DNA of 64,000 nt from positions 231,094 to 295,093 of the forward strand of contig JAVZBY010000001.1 in NCBI GenBank assembly GCA_038874655.1. Direction: 5' to 3'. The DNA is from Candidatus Woesearchaeota archaeon. Its GTDB lineage: Archaea > Nanobdellota > Nanobdellia > Woesearchaeales > GW2011-AR15. The translations under genes and the position numbers were made by a program. Positions 9,874-19,901 of the stretch are shown here, piece after piece. Each line of letters begins with the position of its first letter. Position 1 is the stretch's first letter. Under the pieces are notes generated by a model, which saw only the letters and a program-made list of their open reading frames with translations, was not told where the DNA came from and did no database searches.

Positions 9874-10652
9874 ATGGCAGATGAAATTATAGAAAATAAT
9901 TATGATAATGAAATGGAGATTTTGGTAGACGAAGAAGCACCTATCATTATAGATGAGGGTGAATGGAAACCAAAAACCGAATTAGGAAAGAAGGTTGCTT
10001 CAGGAGAAATTACAGATATAAACTTTATGTTATTTTAGAAAAAGGAATTGTAGATAAATTAGTTCCTGATTTGCAAAGCGATTTATTATTAATTGGACAA
10101 GCAAAAGGTAAGTTTGGTGGTGGTAAAAGAAGAGTTTTTAGACAAACACAAAAGAAAACAAAAGAAGGCAATAAACCAAAATTTGCAACATTGGCAGTAG
10201 TTGGAAATAAAAAAGGAATTATTGGTTTAGGATATGGGAAATCTAAAGAAACTGTGCCTGCAAGAGAAAAAGCAATTAGAGATGCTAAGTTTAATATTTT
10301 TAAAATAAGAAGAGGATGTGGTAGTTGGGAATGTGGTTGTGGTGAGCCACATTCATTACCTTTTACAGTTGAAGGAAAATGTGGCAGCACTATTATAAGA
10401 TTAGTTCCTGCTCCTAAAGGAACAGGTTTAAGGGTTGATAAAGAGATAGCTAAAATTTTAGATTTAGCAGGAATAAAAGATGTTTGGTCAAAAACATATG
10501 GTCAATCAAGAACAAAAATAAATATGATTAAAGCAGCTGAAAGAGCTTTAAAGAAGTTGATGTCAACAAAATTACAACCTGTACATTATCAAAAATTAAG
10601 TGCTATAGATGGTCCTACTGAAAAAGAAAAGCAAGGTGTTAAGAATGAATAA
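9874..10652 (+). CDS. rps5: 30S ribosomal protein uS5, split across two frames near 10021-10030
   Basis: ATG 9874 frame reads MADEII...EWKPKTELGKKVASGEITDINFMLF* (conserved uS5 N-terminal motif WxPKTxLGxxV); the rest (ILEKGIVDKLVPDL, RRGCGSWECGC, LVPAPKGTGL) is in the frame of ORF 9963..10652. Confidence 0.9.
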
Positions 10653-11046
10653 GATAGCAGTAATAAGGATTAGAGGAGATGTAAATTTAAGACAAGAAGT
10701 TAAAGATACTTTTAAGCATTTAAATTTATTGAGAAAAAATGTTTGTGTTATATTAGATAATACACCAGAAAATTTAGGACAAGTTGTTAAGGTTAAGGAT
10801 TATGTTACATGGGGAGAAGTTTCTGATGAAGTTATTAAAATGTTGTTCGAGAAAAGAGGAGAATTATATAAAGGGAATAAAGATAATTTTGTAGAATTTA
10901 ATGGAAAAAAGTATAAAAAATATTTTAGATTGAATATGCCTAAAAAAGGGTTTGGCACAAAAGGAATTAAATATCCTTTTAATAAAGGAGGCGCCTTAGG
11001 ATATAGAGGAGATAAAATTAATGATCTAATTATGAGAATGTTATAA
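10645..11046 (+). CDS. rpl30: 50S ribosomal protein uL30
   Basis: IAVIRIRG, VKDYVTWGE, GALGYRGDKINDLIMRML; ATG 10645 preceded by AAGGTG. Confidence 0.96.
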   Translation: MNKIAVIRIRGDVNLRQEVKDTFKHLNLLRKNVCVILDNTPENLGQVVKVKDYVTWGEVSDEVIKMLFEKRGELYKGNKDNFVEFNGKKYKKYFRLNMPKKGFGTKGIKYPFNKGGALGYRGDKINDLIMRML

Positions 11047-11066
11047 TAATTAAGAGGATGATTTAA

Positions 11067-11525
11067 ATGCAACATAAGAGAAGTAAAAGGTCAAGAATAA
11101 GAGCAGCAAAAAAAACAGCAGGGCATGGTTCTAAAAAGAAGAATAGAGGTTCAGGTCAAAGAGGAGGATTTGGTAAATCAAACATAGGTAAAAGGGGTAG
11201 TGCAAAATTAATGAAAATAGCAAAAGGATTAACCCAGCAAGAGTATTTAGGTAAATATGGTTTTAAATCTATAGAAAAAAAGAAAAATAAAAAAGATAAA
11301 ACAATAAATCTTTTTGAATTACAAAACAGACTTATGAGCCTTTTTAATGAAGGTAAAATAAAAAAGGAAAATGATACTTTTATAGTTGATTTAACGGAAT
11401 TAGGTTACGATAAGTTGTTATCAAAAGGAGATGTTATTTACAAAATGAATATTAAAGTAAAAAAAGCAACAGAAAATGCAGTAGATAAGATCAAAGAAAA
11501 AGGGGGAAATGTTGAATTAATATAA
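11067..11525 (+). CDS. rpl15: 50S ribosomal protein uL15
   Basis: KKNRGSGQRGGFG, GKYGF, LGYDKLLSKG, KIKEKGG. Confidence 0.95.
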   Translation: MQHKRSKRSRIRAAKKTAGHGSKKKNRGSGQRGGFGKSNIGKRGSAKLMKIAKGLTQQEYLGKYGFKSIEKKKNKKDKTINLFELQNRLMSLFNEGKIKKENDTFIVDLTELGYDKLLSKGDVIYKMNIKVKKATENAVDKIKEKGGNVELI

Positions 11526-11651
11526 TTCTTTTTTAATTAATTTTTTTTAACTTTTTATTCTTAAATTTTTATAACCTAAAAATATAATAAACTAATTTTA
11601 TAATATTAAATGCAAAAAGATTAAAAAGGTGTTTTTTTTCTAATAATTAAA

Positions 11652-13088
11652 ATGGGATTTTTTGATAATATTTTATTAAATTTACCAGAAGTTGAAGCAC
11701 CAAAACAAAAAAGATTACCTTTTAATGAAAGGCTTAAATGGACCTTAATTGTGTTATTTTTGTTTTTTGTTTTAGGCATGATTCCATTATGGCCTTTAGG
11801 AGAAAATACCTTAGCTCAATTTGAATATTTATCTATTATTTTAGGAGCAGAGTTTGGTAGCTTAATTTCACTTGGAATTGGACCAATTGTAACAGGTTCT
11901 ATAATATTACAATTATTAAATGGTGCAGGAATTTTTAAATTTGATTTAACAACCCATGAAGGGAAACAAAAATTTCAAGGTTTTCAAAAATTGTTTTCCA
12001 TATTTTTTATAATTTTTGAATCAGCAATTTATGTTTTTATGGGAGGTATTTTACCTCCTTCAGGCTTATCAAGTTCATTAAAATTACAAATGCAATTTTT
12101 GTTAATTTTTGAATTATTTTTAGGTGGAATGTTAATCTTATTTATGGATGAAATTGTTAGCAAATGGGGCTTTGGTTCAGGAATTTCTTTGTTTATAGCA
12201 GCTGGCATAAGTAAACAAATTGTAATAAGATTAATATCCTTTACTGATACAGCAGGCAATCTAATTTGGGAATCTGGATTTCAGCCAGAACAAATTGTAG
12301 GAACCTTATGGAGCACTTTTATTTCTTTAAGTAATGGTAATTTACAAGGAGCATTAATAGCATTATCTGCGATTGTTGCAACAATTATTATTTTTGTAAT
12401 TGCAGTTTATGCTCAATCAATGAAAATAGAAATACCTCTGTCATTTGGTAGAATAAGAGGTCAAGGTATAAGATGGCCTTTACAATTTATTTATACAAGT
12501 AATATTCCAGTTATTTTAGTAGCTTCTCTGTTCGCAACTTTACAATTATGGGTTAGATTATTGCAAAATTGGACAGGAGGCAATCCTTTGCCTATTATAG
12601 GTGGTTATACAACAGGAGGTGTCCCTGTTGGTTTAGTTGCTGTTCTAAATGGACCACATTTATTAAATGCATTAATTCAAAGTAATGGTCAATTTTCATT
12701 AATATGGCCTGTATTATTGCAATCATTAATTTATATTATCTTGATGATAGGAGGTTCTGTTTTATTCTCAATATTTTGGGTACAAACATCTGGAATGGAT
12801 GCAGAAAGTTTAGCAAACCAAATTTTAGCATCTGGATTACAAATTCCAGGATTTAGAAAAGATAAGAGAATTTTAGAGAGAATGCTTAATAGATATATTA
12901 TGCCATTAACAGTAATGGGTGCTATTACAGTAGGTTTTTTAGCTGCAGCAGCTGATTTATTAGGAGCACTATCTAGAGGAACAGGAATTTTATTGACTGT
13001 TATGATTGTTTATAAATTATATGAAGATATTGCTAGAGAGCATTTGTATGATATGAATCCTTTAATGAGAAAGTTTATGGGAAAATAA
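11652..13088 (+). CDS. secY: Protein translocase subunit SecY (Sec61 alpha)
   Basis: About 10 TM segments, LGIGPIVTGSIILQLL, KWGFGSGISLFIAAG, YTSNIPVIL, IPGFRKD. Confidence 0.98.
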   Translation: MGFFDNILLNLPEVEAPKQKRLPFNERLKWTLIVLFLFFVLGMIPLWPLGENTLAQFEYLSIILGAEFGSLISLGIGPIVTGSIILQLLNGAGIFKFDLTTHEGKQKFQGFQKLFSIFFIIFESAIYVFMGGILPPSGLSSSLKLQMQFLLIFELFLGGMLILFMDEIVSKWGFGSGISLFIAAGISKQIVIRLISFTDTAGNLIWESGFQPEQIVGTLWSTFISLSNGNLQGALIALSAIVATIIIFVIAVYAQSMKIEIPLSFGRIRGQGIRWPLQFIYTSNIPVILVASLFATLQLWVRLLQNWTGGNPLPIIGGYTTGGVPVGLVAVLNGPHLLNALIQSNGQFSLIWPVLLQSLIYIILMIGGSVLFSIFWVQTSGMDAESLANQILASGLQIPGFRKDKRILERMLNRYIMPLTVMGAITVGFLAAAADLLGALSRGTGILLTVMIVYKLYEDIAREHLYDMNPLMRKFMGK

Positions 13089-13119
13089 GAAATTAAAAAG
13101 TATTTTTTTATTGTTTATT

Positions 13120-14019
13120 TTAATAATCTTTTTTTACTTCATGGCCGCCAAATTTGTTTCTTAATAAAGCTACAATTTTTCCAGAAAAGCTTTCTTGTTG
13201 TCTTGATCTATATCTTAATGCTAATGCTAAACTTATCAATGGACTAGGTGTTTCAGTTTTTAATGATTCAAGTACAGTCCATTTTCCTGTAGATCCGCCA
13301 CCAATGAAATCTTTTGTTTTATCAACATCTTTTAATGATTCAGCAGTTAGTTCTAAAAGCCATGATCTTATAACAGAACCATTGTTCCATAAATTTGCAA
13401 TTTTTTCTAAATCTTGATTTGTAAATTTATATTGTGAATTCTTTAATAACTCAAAACCCTCAGCATATGATTGCATTAACGCATATTCAATTCCATTATG
13501 TATCATTTTTACAAAATGACCAGAGCCACTTTCACCTATATAAGAATAACCATTTTTAGCAGATAATACTTCTAATAATGGTTTTATTTTTTCATATGCT
13601 TTTTTATTACCTCCAACCATTAAACAATAACCGTTTTTTTCACCATGAATTCCGCCACTTGTTCCAATGTCTAAATAATAAATACTCTTTTTTTCTAATT
13701 CTTTTGCTCTTCTGATTGAGTCTTCATAAAAAGTATTGCCACCATCAATTAAAATGTCTTCTTTATTTAAAAAAGGTAATAAATCTTTTATTGTATCATC
13801 AATAGCTTCATGAGGAATCATCATCCAAATTATTTTATTTTTAGGTAATTTATGAGATAATTCTTTTAATGAATATGAAGCTTCTGTATTTTTTATTTTT
13901 TTTACAGCTTCTTTTGTTTTTTCAGGGGTTCTATTATAAACAACAATATTATGTTTTTTTGATAATCTTTTTACCATTGAAAAACCCATTTTTCCTAAAC
14001 CAATAAAACCAATTTTCAT
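13120..14019 (-). CDS. gnd: 6-phosphogluconate dehydrogenase, decarboxylating (short YqeC/GntZ type)
   Basis: GLGKMG, IDGGN, GTSGG, GSGHFVKMIHNGIEY, LRNKFGGH. Confidence 0.95.
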   Translation of the reverse strand: MKIGFIGLGKMGFSMVKRLSKKHNIVVYNRTPEKTKEAVKKIKNTEASYSLKELSHKLPKNKIIWMMIPHEAIDDTIKDLLPFLNKEDILIDGGNTFYEDSIRRAKELEKKSIYYLDIGTSGGIHGEKNGYCLMVGGNKKAYEKIKPLLEVLSAKNGYSYIGESGSGHFVKMIHNGIEYALMQSYAEGFELLKNSQYKFTNQDLEKIANLWNNGSVIRSWLLELTAESLKDVDKTKDFIGGGSTGKWTVLESLKTETPSPLISLALALRYRSRQQESFSGKIVALLRNKFGGHEVKKDY

Positions 14020-14061
14020 ATTTTCACCTTTTTAATTTTGTATTATATGATTTTATATTAT

Positions 14062-14754
14062 TTAGTCAATTTGTAATATTATTGAGTTTATTTTGTAAGC
14101 TAATTTAGCAGGGCATTCATTAATTTTTGTTTTTTTATCTAAAAATTTTTCAAATGCTTGCTTTTTTTCTTTTCCTATAAATAAAAATATGCCTAATTTT
14201 GTTTTTAGAACAAGGCTTTTTGTAGAAGTCATTCTATTTTTTGGTAGTTTAGGTGAGTCATTTATTTCAATAAAATATTTACTATTATTTTTTATACTAT
14301 GATGGTTTGGAAATAATGCACAAATATGACAATCTTCGCCAACACCAAAAATTGCAATATCAAAATAACCAAATTTTTTTAATTCACTTGTATAAGAATT
14401 TATATCATGTTTTTCTATATCAAAAGGATGTATGTTTTTTTCTGGAAGCCCTTTTTCTTTTGTGAGAGTATTAAGTAATTTATTTTTTAGCATATTAAAA
14501 TTGCTTTCTTCATGATGCAATGGAACAATTCTCTCATCAACTAAAAATATGTGCACTTTTTTCCAATCAATATCTTCTTTTTTTAATTCGTTAAACAGAA
14601 TTTGGACACTTCTTCCTCCTGGAAAACCAAACACAATAGGTTTTTTTGATTTATTTATATAATTTTTAATCTTTTTTATAACTTCTTTTATGTTGTTTGT
14701 AATAATTAGGTTTTTTTCTTTTTGTTTTGATTTATTTTTAGATTTTTTTTTCAT
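14062..14754 (-). CDS. pgl: 6-phosphogluconolactonase (DevB/Pgl family)
   Basis: PGGRS, FLVDERIVP..ESN, GVGEDCHICALFP, SPKLPKNRMT. Confidence 0.9.
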   Translation of the reverse strand: MKKKSKNKSKQKEKNLIITNNIKEVIKKIKNYINKSKKPIVFGFPGGRSVQILFNELKKEDIDWKKVHIFLVDERIVPLHHEESNFNMLKNKLLNTLTKEKGLPEKNIHPFDIEKHDINSYTSELKKFGYFDIAIFGVGEDCHICALFPNHHSIKNNSKYFIEINDSPKLPKNRMTSTKSLVLKTKLGIFLFIGKEKKQAFEKFLDKKTKINECPAKLAYKINSIILQID

Positions 14755-14795
14755 TTTTTTTATATTTATCTATTTTAGGATATTGATTTTTATTT

Positions 14796-16169
14796 TTATA
14801 AAGGTTCTTTCCATTTTGTTATTTCAGCTTGATGAGGACCCCAACTAAATTTTTCATATAAATATATTTTCTTAGGTTTTTTTGTTATTTTATCAATTAT
14901 TTTCCATGAATATTTTACTTCTTCCCAACTTGTGAATAATGTTTTATCTCCTACTAAAGCATCATATATTAATTTTTCATATGCTTCAGGTGTATTTAAA
15001 GGAAAAAGACATTCATGACAAAAGTCCATAGAAACAGGAATTAATTTGAATTCATTTCCTGGGTTTTTTGCATTAAATTGTAAATGAATTCCTTCATCAG
15101 GTTGAATTCTTATTCTTAGAATATTGTTTTCTGCTTCTTTGTTTTTTCCTTTTTTAAAGATTATCACAATTTCAGATGCTTTTCTTTTTAAGTATTTTCC
15201 AGTTCTTATAAAAATAGGTACATTTTTCCATCTCTTATTATTTATTTCAATTTTTAGTGCAGAATATGTGTCTGTTTTTGAATTTTTTTTTACATCTTTT
15301 TCTTCTAAGTAGCCAATATATTGACCTAAAATAATTTTTTTTATTTTTACTTTTTTTAAAATTTCTATTTTTGCTTTTTTTATGTCTTTAATATTATTGC
15401 TTCTATTTTCCATTGTTACTAATGAAACTAATTGTAATAGATGATTTTGAATCATGTCTTTTAATGAACCATAATTGTCATAGTAATTACCCCTGTTTTC
15501 AATTCCAATATTTTCTAAAACAGAGATTTGTATTTCTTCAATGTCTTTGTTGCTCCAAAGTTTTTCAAAAATTCTATTTGAGTATCTTAATGCCAATAAA
15601 TTTTGAACAGTTTCTTTTCCTAAGTAATGGTCTATTCTATAAATAGAGTTTTCAGAAAATAATTGATTTAATATTTTATTAAGATTTTGTGCAGATTTTA
15701 AATCATGTCCAAAAGGTTTTTCTATTATTATTCTGTGAACTTTATCTTTTTTTATACATTCATTTAATTTTAGATTTTTTATAATATTTTCAAAATGTTC
15801 AGGTTTTGTTGCTAAATAAAATATTCGGTTTCCTTTTGTATTGTGTTTTATGTCTAAATCACTAAGCAATTTTTTTAATTCGTTATAGTCTTGTTCAGTG
15901 TCAAAATCATTTTTAAAATAATAAATTTTATTTGTTAATCTGTTAATTATTTCCTCTTTATGATGTTTTGTATATTTTTTTATAGATTCTTTTACTTCGT
16001 TTCGATATTCGTCAGTTGTTTTTTCTTTTCTGGCAATACCTATAATGGCAAAGTTTTCAGGCAATAACTTTTTTGATTCTAAATAATATAATGCAGGCAT
16101 TAGTTTTCTGTGGGTTAGATCACCTGTAGAACCAAATATTATAAATAATGTATCAATTGGTTTTTGCAT
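14796..16169 (-). CDS. zwf: Glucose-6-phosphate 1-dehydrogenase (bacterial Zwf type)
   Basis: FGSTGDL, EKPFG, RIDHYLGKE, DMIQNHLLQ, RTGK, AYEKL. Confidence 0.97.
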   Translation of the reverse strand: MQKPIDTLFIIFGSTGDLTHRKLMPALYYLESKKLLPENFAIIGIARKEKTTDEYRNEVKESIKKYTKHHKEEIINRLTNKIYYFKNDFDTEQDYNELKKLLSDLDIKHNTKGNRIFYLATKPEHFENIIKNLKLNECIKKDKVHRIIIEKPFGHDLKSAQNLNKILNQLFSENSIYRIDHYLGKETVQNLLALRYSNRIFEKLWSNKDIEEIQISVLENIGIENRGNYYDNYGSLKDMIQNHLLQLVSLVTMENRSNNIKDIKKAKIEILKKVKIKKIILGQYIGYLEEKDVKKNSKTDTYSALKIEINNKRWKNVPIFIRTGKYLKRKASEIVIIFKKGKNKEAENNILRIRIQPDEGIHLQFNAKNPGNEFKLIPVSMDFCHECLFPLNTPEAYEKLIYDALVGDKTLFTSWEEVKYSWKIIDKITKKPKKIYLYEKFSWGPHQAEITKWKEPL

Positions 16170-16316
16170 AATTTTTTGTAATGGTTTTTATTTTATTAAT
16201 ATTTTGTTTATGTGAATTTTTTTATTGATTTTTTTCTTATTTGTTTTTTAGTTTTTATTTTTTATTTAGTTTGGTTTAAGAATAATTTTATAAAAGAATT
16301 CATTCTTTTAATTTTT

Positions 16317-17156
16317 ATGATAAAGCCAAATGCATTAATGTTTGGAACAGCAGGAATTCCGATTTCAAGTAAAAAAAAAGATACTTTCGGTGGTATTGAA
16401 AGGGTTAGGGAATTAGATTTAGATGCAATGGAGTTAGAGTTTGTACATAATGTAAATGTTAGTAAAGAAAAAGCACCTGAAGTTAAAAAAGTAGCATTGG
16501 ATAAAAAGGTTTTATTGACTTGTCATGCACCCTATTTTATTAATTTAAATGCTGTTGAGCATGAAAAAAGACAGGCAAGCATAGATAGAATTTTAAAATC
16601 AGCAGAAATATTGTATTTAGCAGGTGGCTATAGTGTTTGTTTTCATCCTGGGTTTTATTTAAGTATGGAAAAAACAAAGGTTTATGAAACAATAAAAGAA
16701 AACATAAAAAAAATTAGAAAAGAAATGGATGATAAGGGTTATGATGTTTATTTAAGACCTGAGACAACAGGAAAAGAAACGCAATTTGGAAATGTTGAAG
16801 AATTATTAAAAATAAGTCAAGAGATTAATGGTGTTATGCCTGTTATTGATTTCTCTCATTTGCATGCTAGAACAAATGGAAGATATAATTCCTATGAAGA
16901 GTTTAAAGAAGTTTTAGAACTAGTTGAAAAATATTTAGGTAAAGAGGGCTTAAATAATATGCATATTCATTTATCTGGAATTGATTATAGTGAAAAAGGA
17001 GAGAAAAATCACTTAATCTTAGAAGAATCTGATCTAAATTATAAGGATTTAATTAAAACATGGAAAGAATTTAAAATAAAAGGTGTTGTAATTTCTGAAA
17101 GTCCAAATATAGAGGAGGATGCTTTGTTGATGAAAAGAATTTATAATAGTTTTTAA
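16317..17156 (+). CDS. nfo: Endonuclease IV (AP endonuclease 2 family)
   Basis: FGTAGIP, HAPYFINL, FHPGFY, PETTGK, DFSHLHAR, HIHLSGI; start trimmed to ATG 16317. Confidence 0.92.
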   Translation: MIKPNALMFGTAGIPISSKKKDTFGGIERVRELDLDAMELEFVHNVNVSKEKAPEVKKVALDKKVLLTCHAPYFINLNAVEHEKRQASIDRILKSAEILYLAGGYSVCFHPGFYLSMEKTKVYETIKENIKKIRKEMDDKGYDVYLRPETTGKETQFGNVEELLKISQEINGVMPVIDFSHLHARTNGRYNSYEEFKEVLELVEKYLGKEGLNNMHIHLSGIDYSEKGEKNHLILEESDLNYKDLIKTWKEFKIKGVVISESPNIEEDALLMKRIYNSF

Positions 17157-17169
17157 TTATTTTTTGTAA

Positions 17170-19746
17170 TTATTTGAATTCTGCTTTCATTCTTTCTAAA
17201 TGTTTTTTATTTATTCTTATTTTTTCTAATACTTGAGCTAATGTCATTTCTAATCCTTTGGGTCTTTTTTTGAAAAATTCATCAATATCTTTTTCACTTT
17301 CTGAGTCAGATAGTACTGCTAAGTTTGAGACAACTCTTCTTAATAGCATTTTTGTTTCTCCTAATCTTTTATCTAATTCAGTCCAATTTTCTTTAATAAA
17401 AGGCCAAAGCATTTTTTTAGCGATTGGGTTCCCAGCTAAACCAGAAGCAGGATATAAAATATCTGAAAATCTTATTTCATCAGAAAGCATAAAATCAAAT
17501 GTTTTTTTAAGTAATTTTTCATCTTTGAAAGAAGTAAGTGCTAATAAAAATCTAACTTTTTCTTCCTGTGTTTTTGCGTTTCTATAAAAATCTAAAAATT
17601 TATTATAAAGTAATTCAGAATTTTCATTCCAAGCTAATATATTGAAAACAGGCATTTGTAAATCAGGGTCAAGATTGTTTTTCAAGTATGAATTAAATCT
17701 TTTTTTTGCTTCTTCTATTATTTCTTGATTTTCTAATTTGCCTAAAAATGAAATTACTTTTGCTCTTAACATAGGAGTTGTGTGTTTTTCATTATTTTGT
17801 TTATCCCAAGTTAATTTTTTAAATGATTCATACAAGAATTTTTTGATAAACTCTGAGATAGTTTTGTTAAATGTTTCATAATAAGTTAAATAATAAATTG
17901 ATCCAAGATTATCTAAAATATCAGAGCAAACTAAAAAATCAATTTCACCATAATAATTAGTTATAAAATCTAGATACTCTTTTGTTTTTATTTCTCCGGA
18001 TTTTGCTAATGCATATAAATCATTTTGTAAAGCCCATCTATCAATGTTAGAGAAATTATTTAATTTTGTTTTTAAGTAATTTAAATTTTTTGAATTGTAT
18101 TTAACTCTGTAAAATCCATAATAGCCTTCATTTATTAAATAGGGGGATATTTTTTCTATTTTTGCTTCTTTATTTAATAAAATATCTTTTTTAGTATTTT
18201 TTTCAATAAAGTTAATTCTTACAGGGATAAGCCATTTATCTTTTGAATTTTGTTTTTCTAATAAAAATCTCTTTTGTTTTAATATTATAAATTCTTTTTG
18301 TTTTTGTTTTGTTTTTTTTACTTTTTCATCAGCAATAACTAAAGGATAGCCAGTTTTTTTAATCCAATTTTTTAAAAATTTTTTAATTGGTTTTTTTGAA
18401 ACTTTTTCCCAAGAGTTCCATAAATCAATTGACTCAGTATTAGAATATTTGTATTTTTTTAGATAATATTTAATGCCTTCAATAAAGTGTTTTTCTCCAA
18501 TATAGTGATTAAGCATTCTTAAAATGCTGCCTCCTTTGTCATAACTAATGTCATCAAATATTTCTGCTATTTCTTTTGGTGTTTTTACTTTTGCCTCAAT
18601 TGGATGAGAGCTTTTTAATGAGTCAATTCTCATAGCACTTTCTGTTGAGTCGGATAAAAATTGGTCCCAAAAGTCAAATTCAGGAAACACATCAGCAACA
18701 GCTTTTGTTGCCATATAAGTAGCAAAACTTTCATTAAGCCATAAGTCATTCCACCATTTCATTGTAACTAAGTTGCCAAACCATTGGTGGGCAATTTCAT
18801 GAGCAATGATTTCAGCTATTCTTTGTTTTGTTGCAGTTGAGGAGATCTTAGGATCAAAGAGTAAGGCATTCTCTCTAAAAGTTATTGCTCCCCAATTTTC
18901 CATTGCTCCAGCAGCAAAATCTGCAATTGCAATTAAATCCATTTTTGGCAATGGATAAGGTATTTGAAAGTAATCTTCATAATATTTTAAGAATTTTTTT
19001 CCTAATTCTAAAGCATAATAACCTTGCTCTTTTTTCCCAGGAGTTGTTATAACTCTTATGAGTGTTTCTTTTTCTTTATTTCCTATTTTGTTTTTTACTT
19101 TATCTTCAATCCATTCAAAATTACCTGCAGATAAATAAACTAAATAAGTAGACATTATTGGAGTTGTTTCAAAAATGTGTGCTTTTTTTGTTTCTTTTAT
19201 TATTTCTTTTTTTTCATTTTCTCTTTCTAATATAATTGTTTTTATTTCTTTCATAGGCATATTAGATATTGCGGTTTCATTTTCTTTTGTTATTATTGTT
19301 ATATCAAAAGTCGCTTTATAATTAGGATGGTCTATACAAGGAAAAGCTCTTCTTGCATCAGCAGCTTCAAATTGTGTTGTTGCCATGTATTTTTCAATTT
19401 TAGAATTTGTTTTTTCATCATAGATGTAATATTTGCTTCTATAGAAACCAACTAATTGATCATTAAGAATACCTTTAAAATTAATTTTTATAACAATTTT
19501 TCCAGAAACTTTTTTTGGCAATGTCAATATTAATTCTTCATTTTCATTATTTATTTTTATTTTTGGTTCTAGTTTATTTGATTTATAGATTATTTCTGCT
19601 TTTTTTATTTCTAAATCTGCACTGTTTAAGATAATTTTATTGGTGGGATTTGTTTTTAGTAAAAGCTCAACAATTCCATCAAAAGTAAATTTTTCTAGAT
19701 CGGGTTCAAAAGTTAATTTGTAATTTAAAGGTTTTATTTTATTCAT
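17170..19746 (-). CDS. pepN: M1-family aminopeptidase N (ERAP1-like C-terminal domain)
   Basis: GAMENWG, HEIAH..WLNE zinc motif, ATTQFEAADARRAFPC, YDKG. Confidence 0.95.
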   Translation of the reverse strand: MNKIKPLNYKLTFEPDLEKFTFDGIVELLLKTNPTNKIILNSADLEIKKAEIIYKSNKLEPKIKINNENEELILTLPKKVSGKIVIKINFKGILNDQLVGFYRSKYYIYDEKTNSKIEKYMATTQFEAADARRAFPCIDHPNYKATFDITIITKENETAISNMPMKEIKTIILERENEKKEIIKETKKAHIFETTPIMSTYLVYLSAGNFEWIEDKVKNKIGNKEKETLIRVITTPGKKEQGYYALELGKKFLKYYEDYFQIPYPLPKMDLIAIADFAAGAMENWGAITFRENALLFDPKISSTATKQRIAEIIAHEIAHQWFGNLVTMKWWNDLWLNESFATYMATKAVADVFPEFDFWDQFLSDSTESAMRIDSLKSSHPIEAKVKTPKEIAEIFDDISYDKGGSILRMLNHYIGEKHFIEGIKYYLKKYKYSNTESIDLWNSWEKVSKKPIKKFLKNWIKKTGYPLVIADEKVKKTKQKQKEFIILKQKRFLLEKQNSKDKWLIPVRINFIEKNTKKDILLNKEAKIEKISPYLINEGYYGFYRVKYNSKNLNYLKTKLNNFSNIDRWALQNDLYALAKSGEIKTKEYLDFITNYYGEIDFLVCSDILDNLGSIYYLTYYETFNKTISEFIKKFLYESFKKLTWDKQNNEKHTTPMLRAKVISFLGKLENQEIIEEAKKRFNSYLKNNLDPDLQMPVFNILAWNENSELLYNKFLDFYRNAKTQEEKVRFLLALTSFKDEKLLKKTFDFMLSDEIRFSDILYPASGLAGNPIAKKMLWPFIKENWTELDKRLGETKMLLRRVVSNLAVLSDSESEKDIDEFFKKRPKGLEMTLAQVLEKIRINKKHLERMKAEFK

Positions 19747-19901
19747 TTTCTCACCATTTTTTATCTTACAATTTTTAACTTATAATATTTTTAGGTTATC
19801 AAAATTATTTATTTACTTGTTTTTATAACTTTCCTTTATATCTAATTTTTAATTTTTTCATTATAAAAAAATAGTATTAACAATAGAATTTTTTTTAGAT
19901 T

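Noticed and set aside
9963-10030. ORF-track N-terminus METKNRIRKEGCFRR of uS5
   Set aside because: Out-of-frame reading; the conserved WKPKTELG motif is in the frame starting at 9874
16212-16316. Hydrophobic N-terminal extension on endonuclease IV
   Set aside because: Translation of the T-rich promoter region from an upstream GTG; homology begins after ATG 16317
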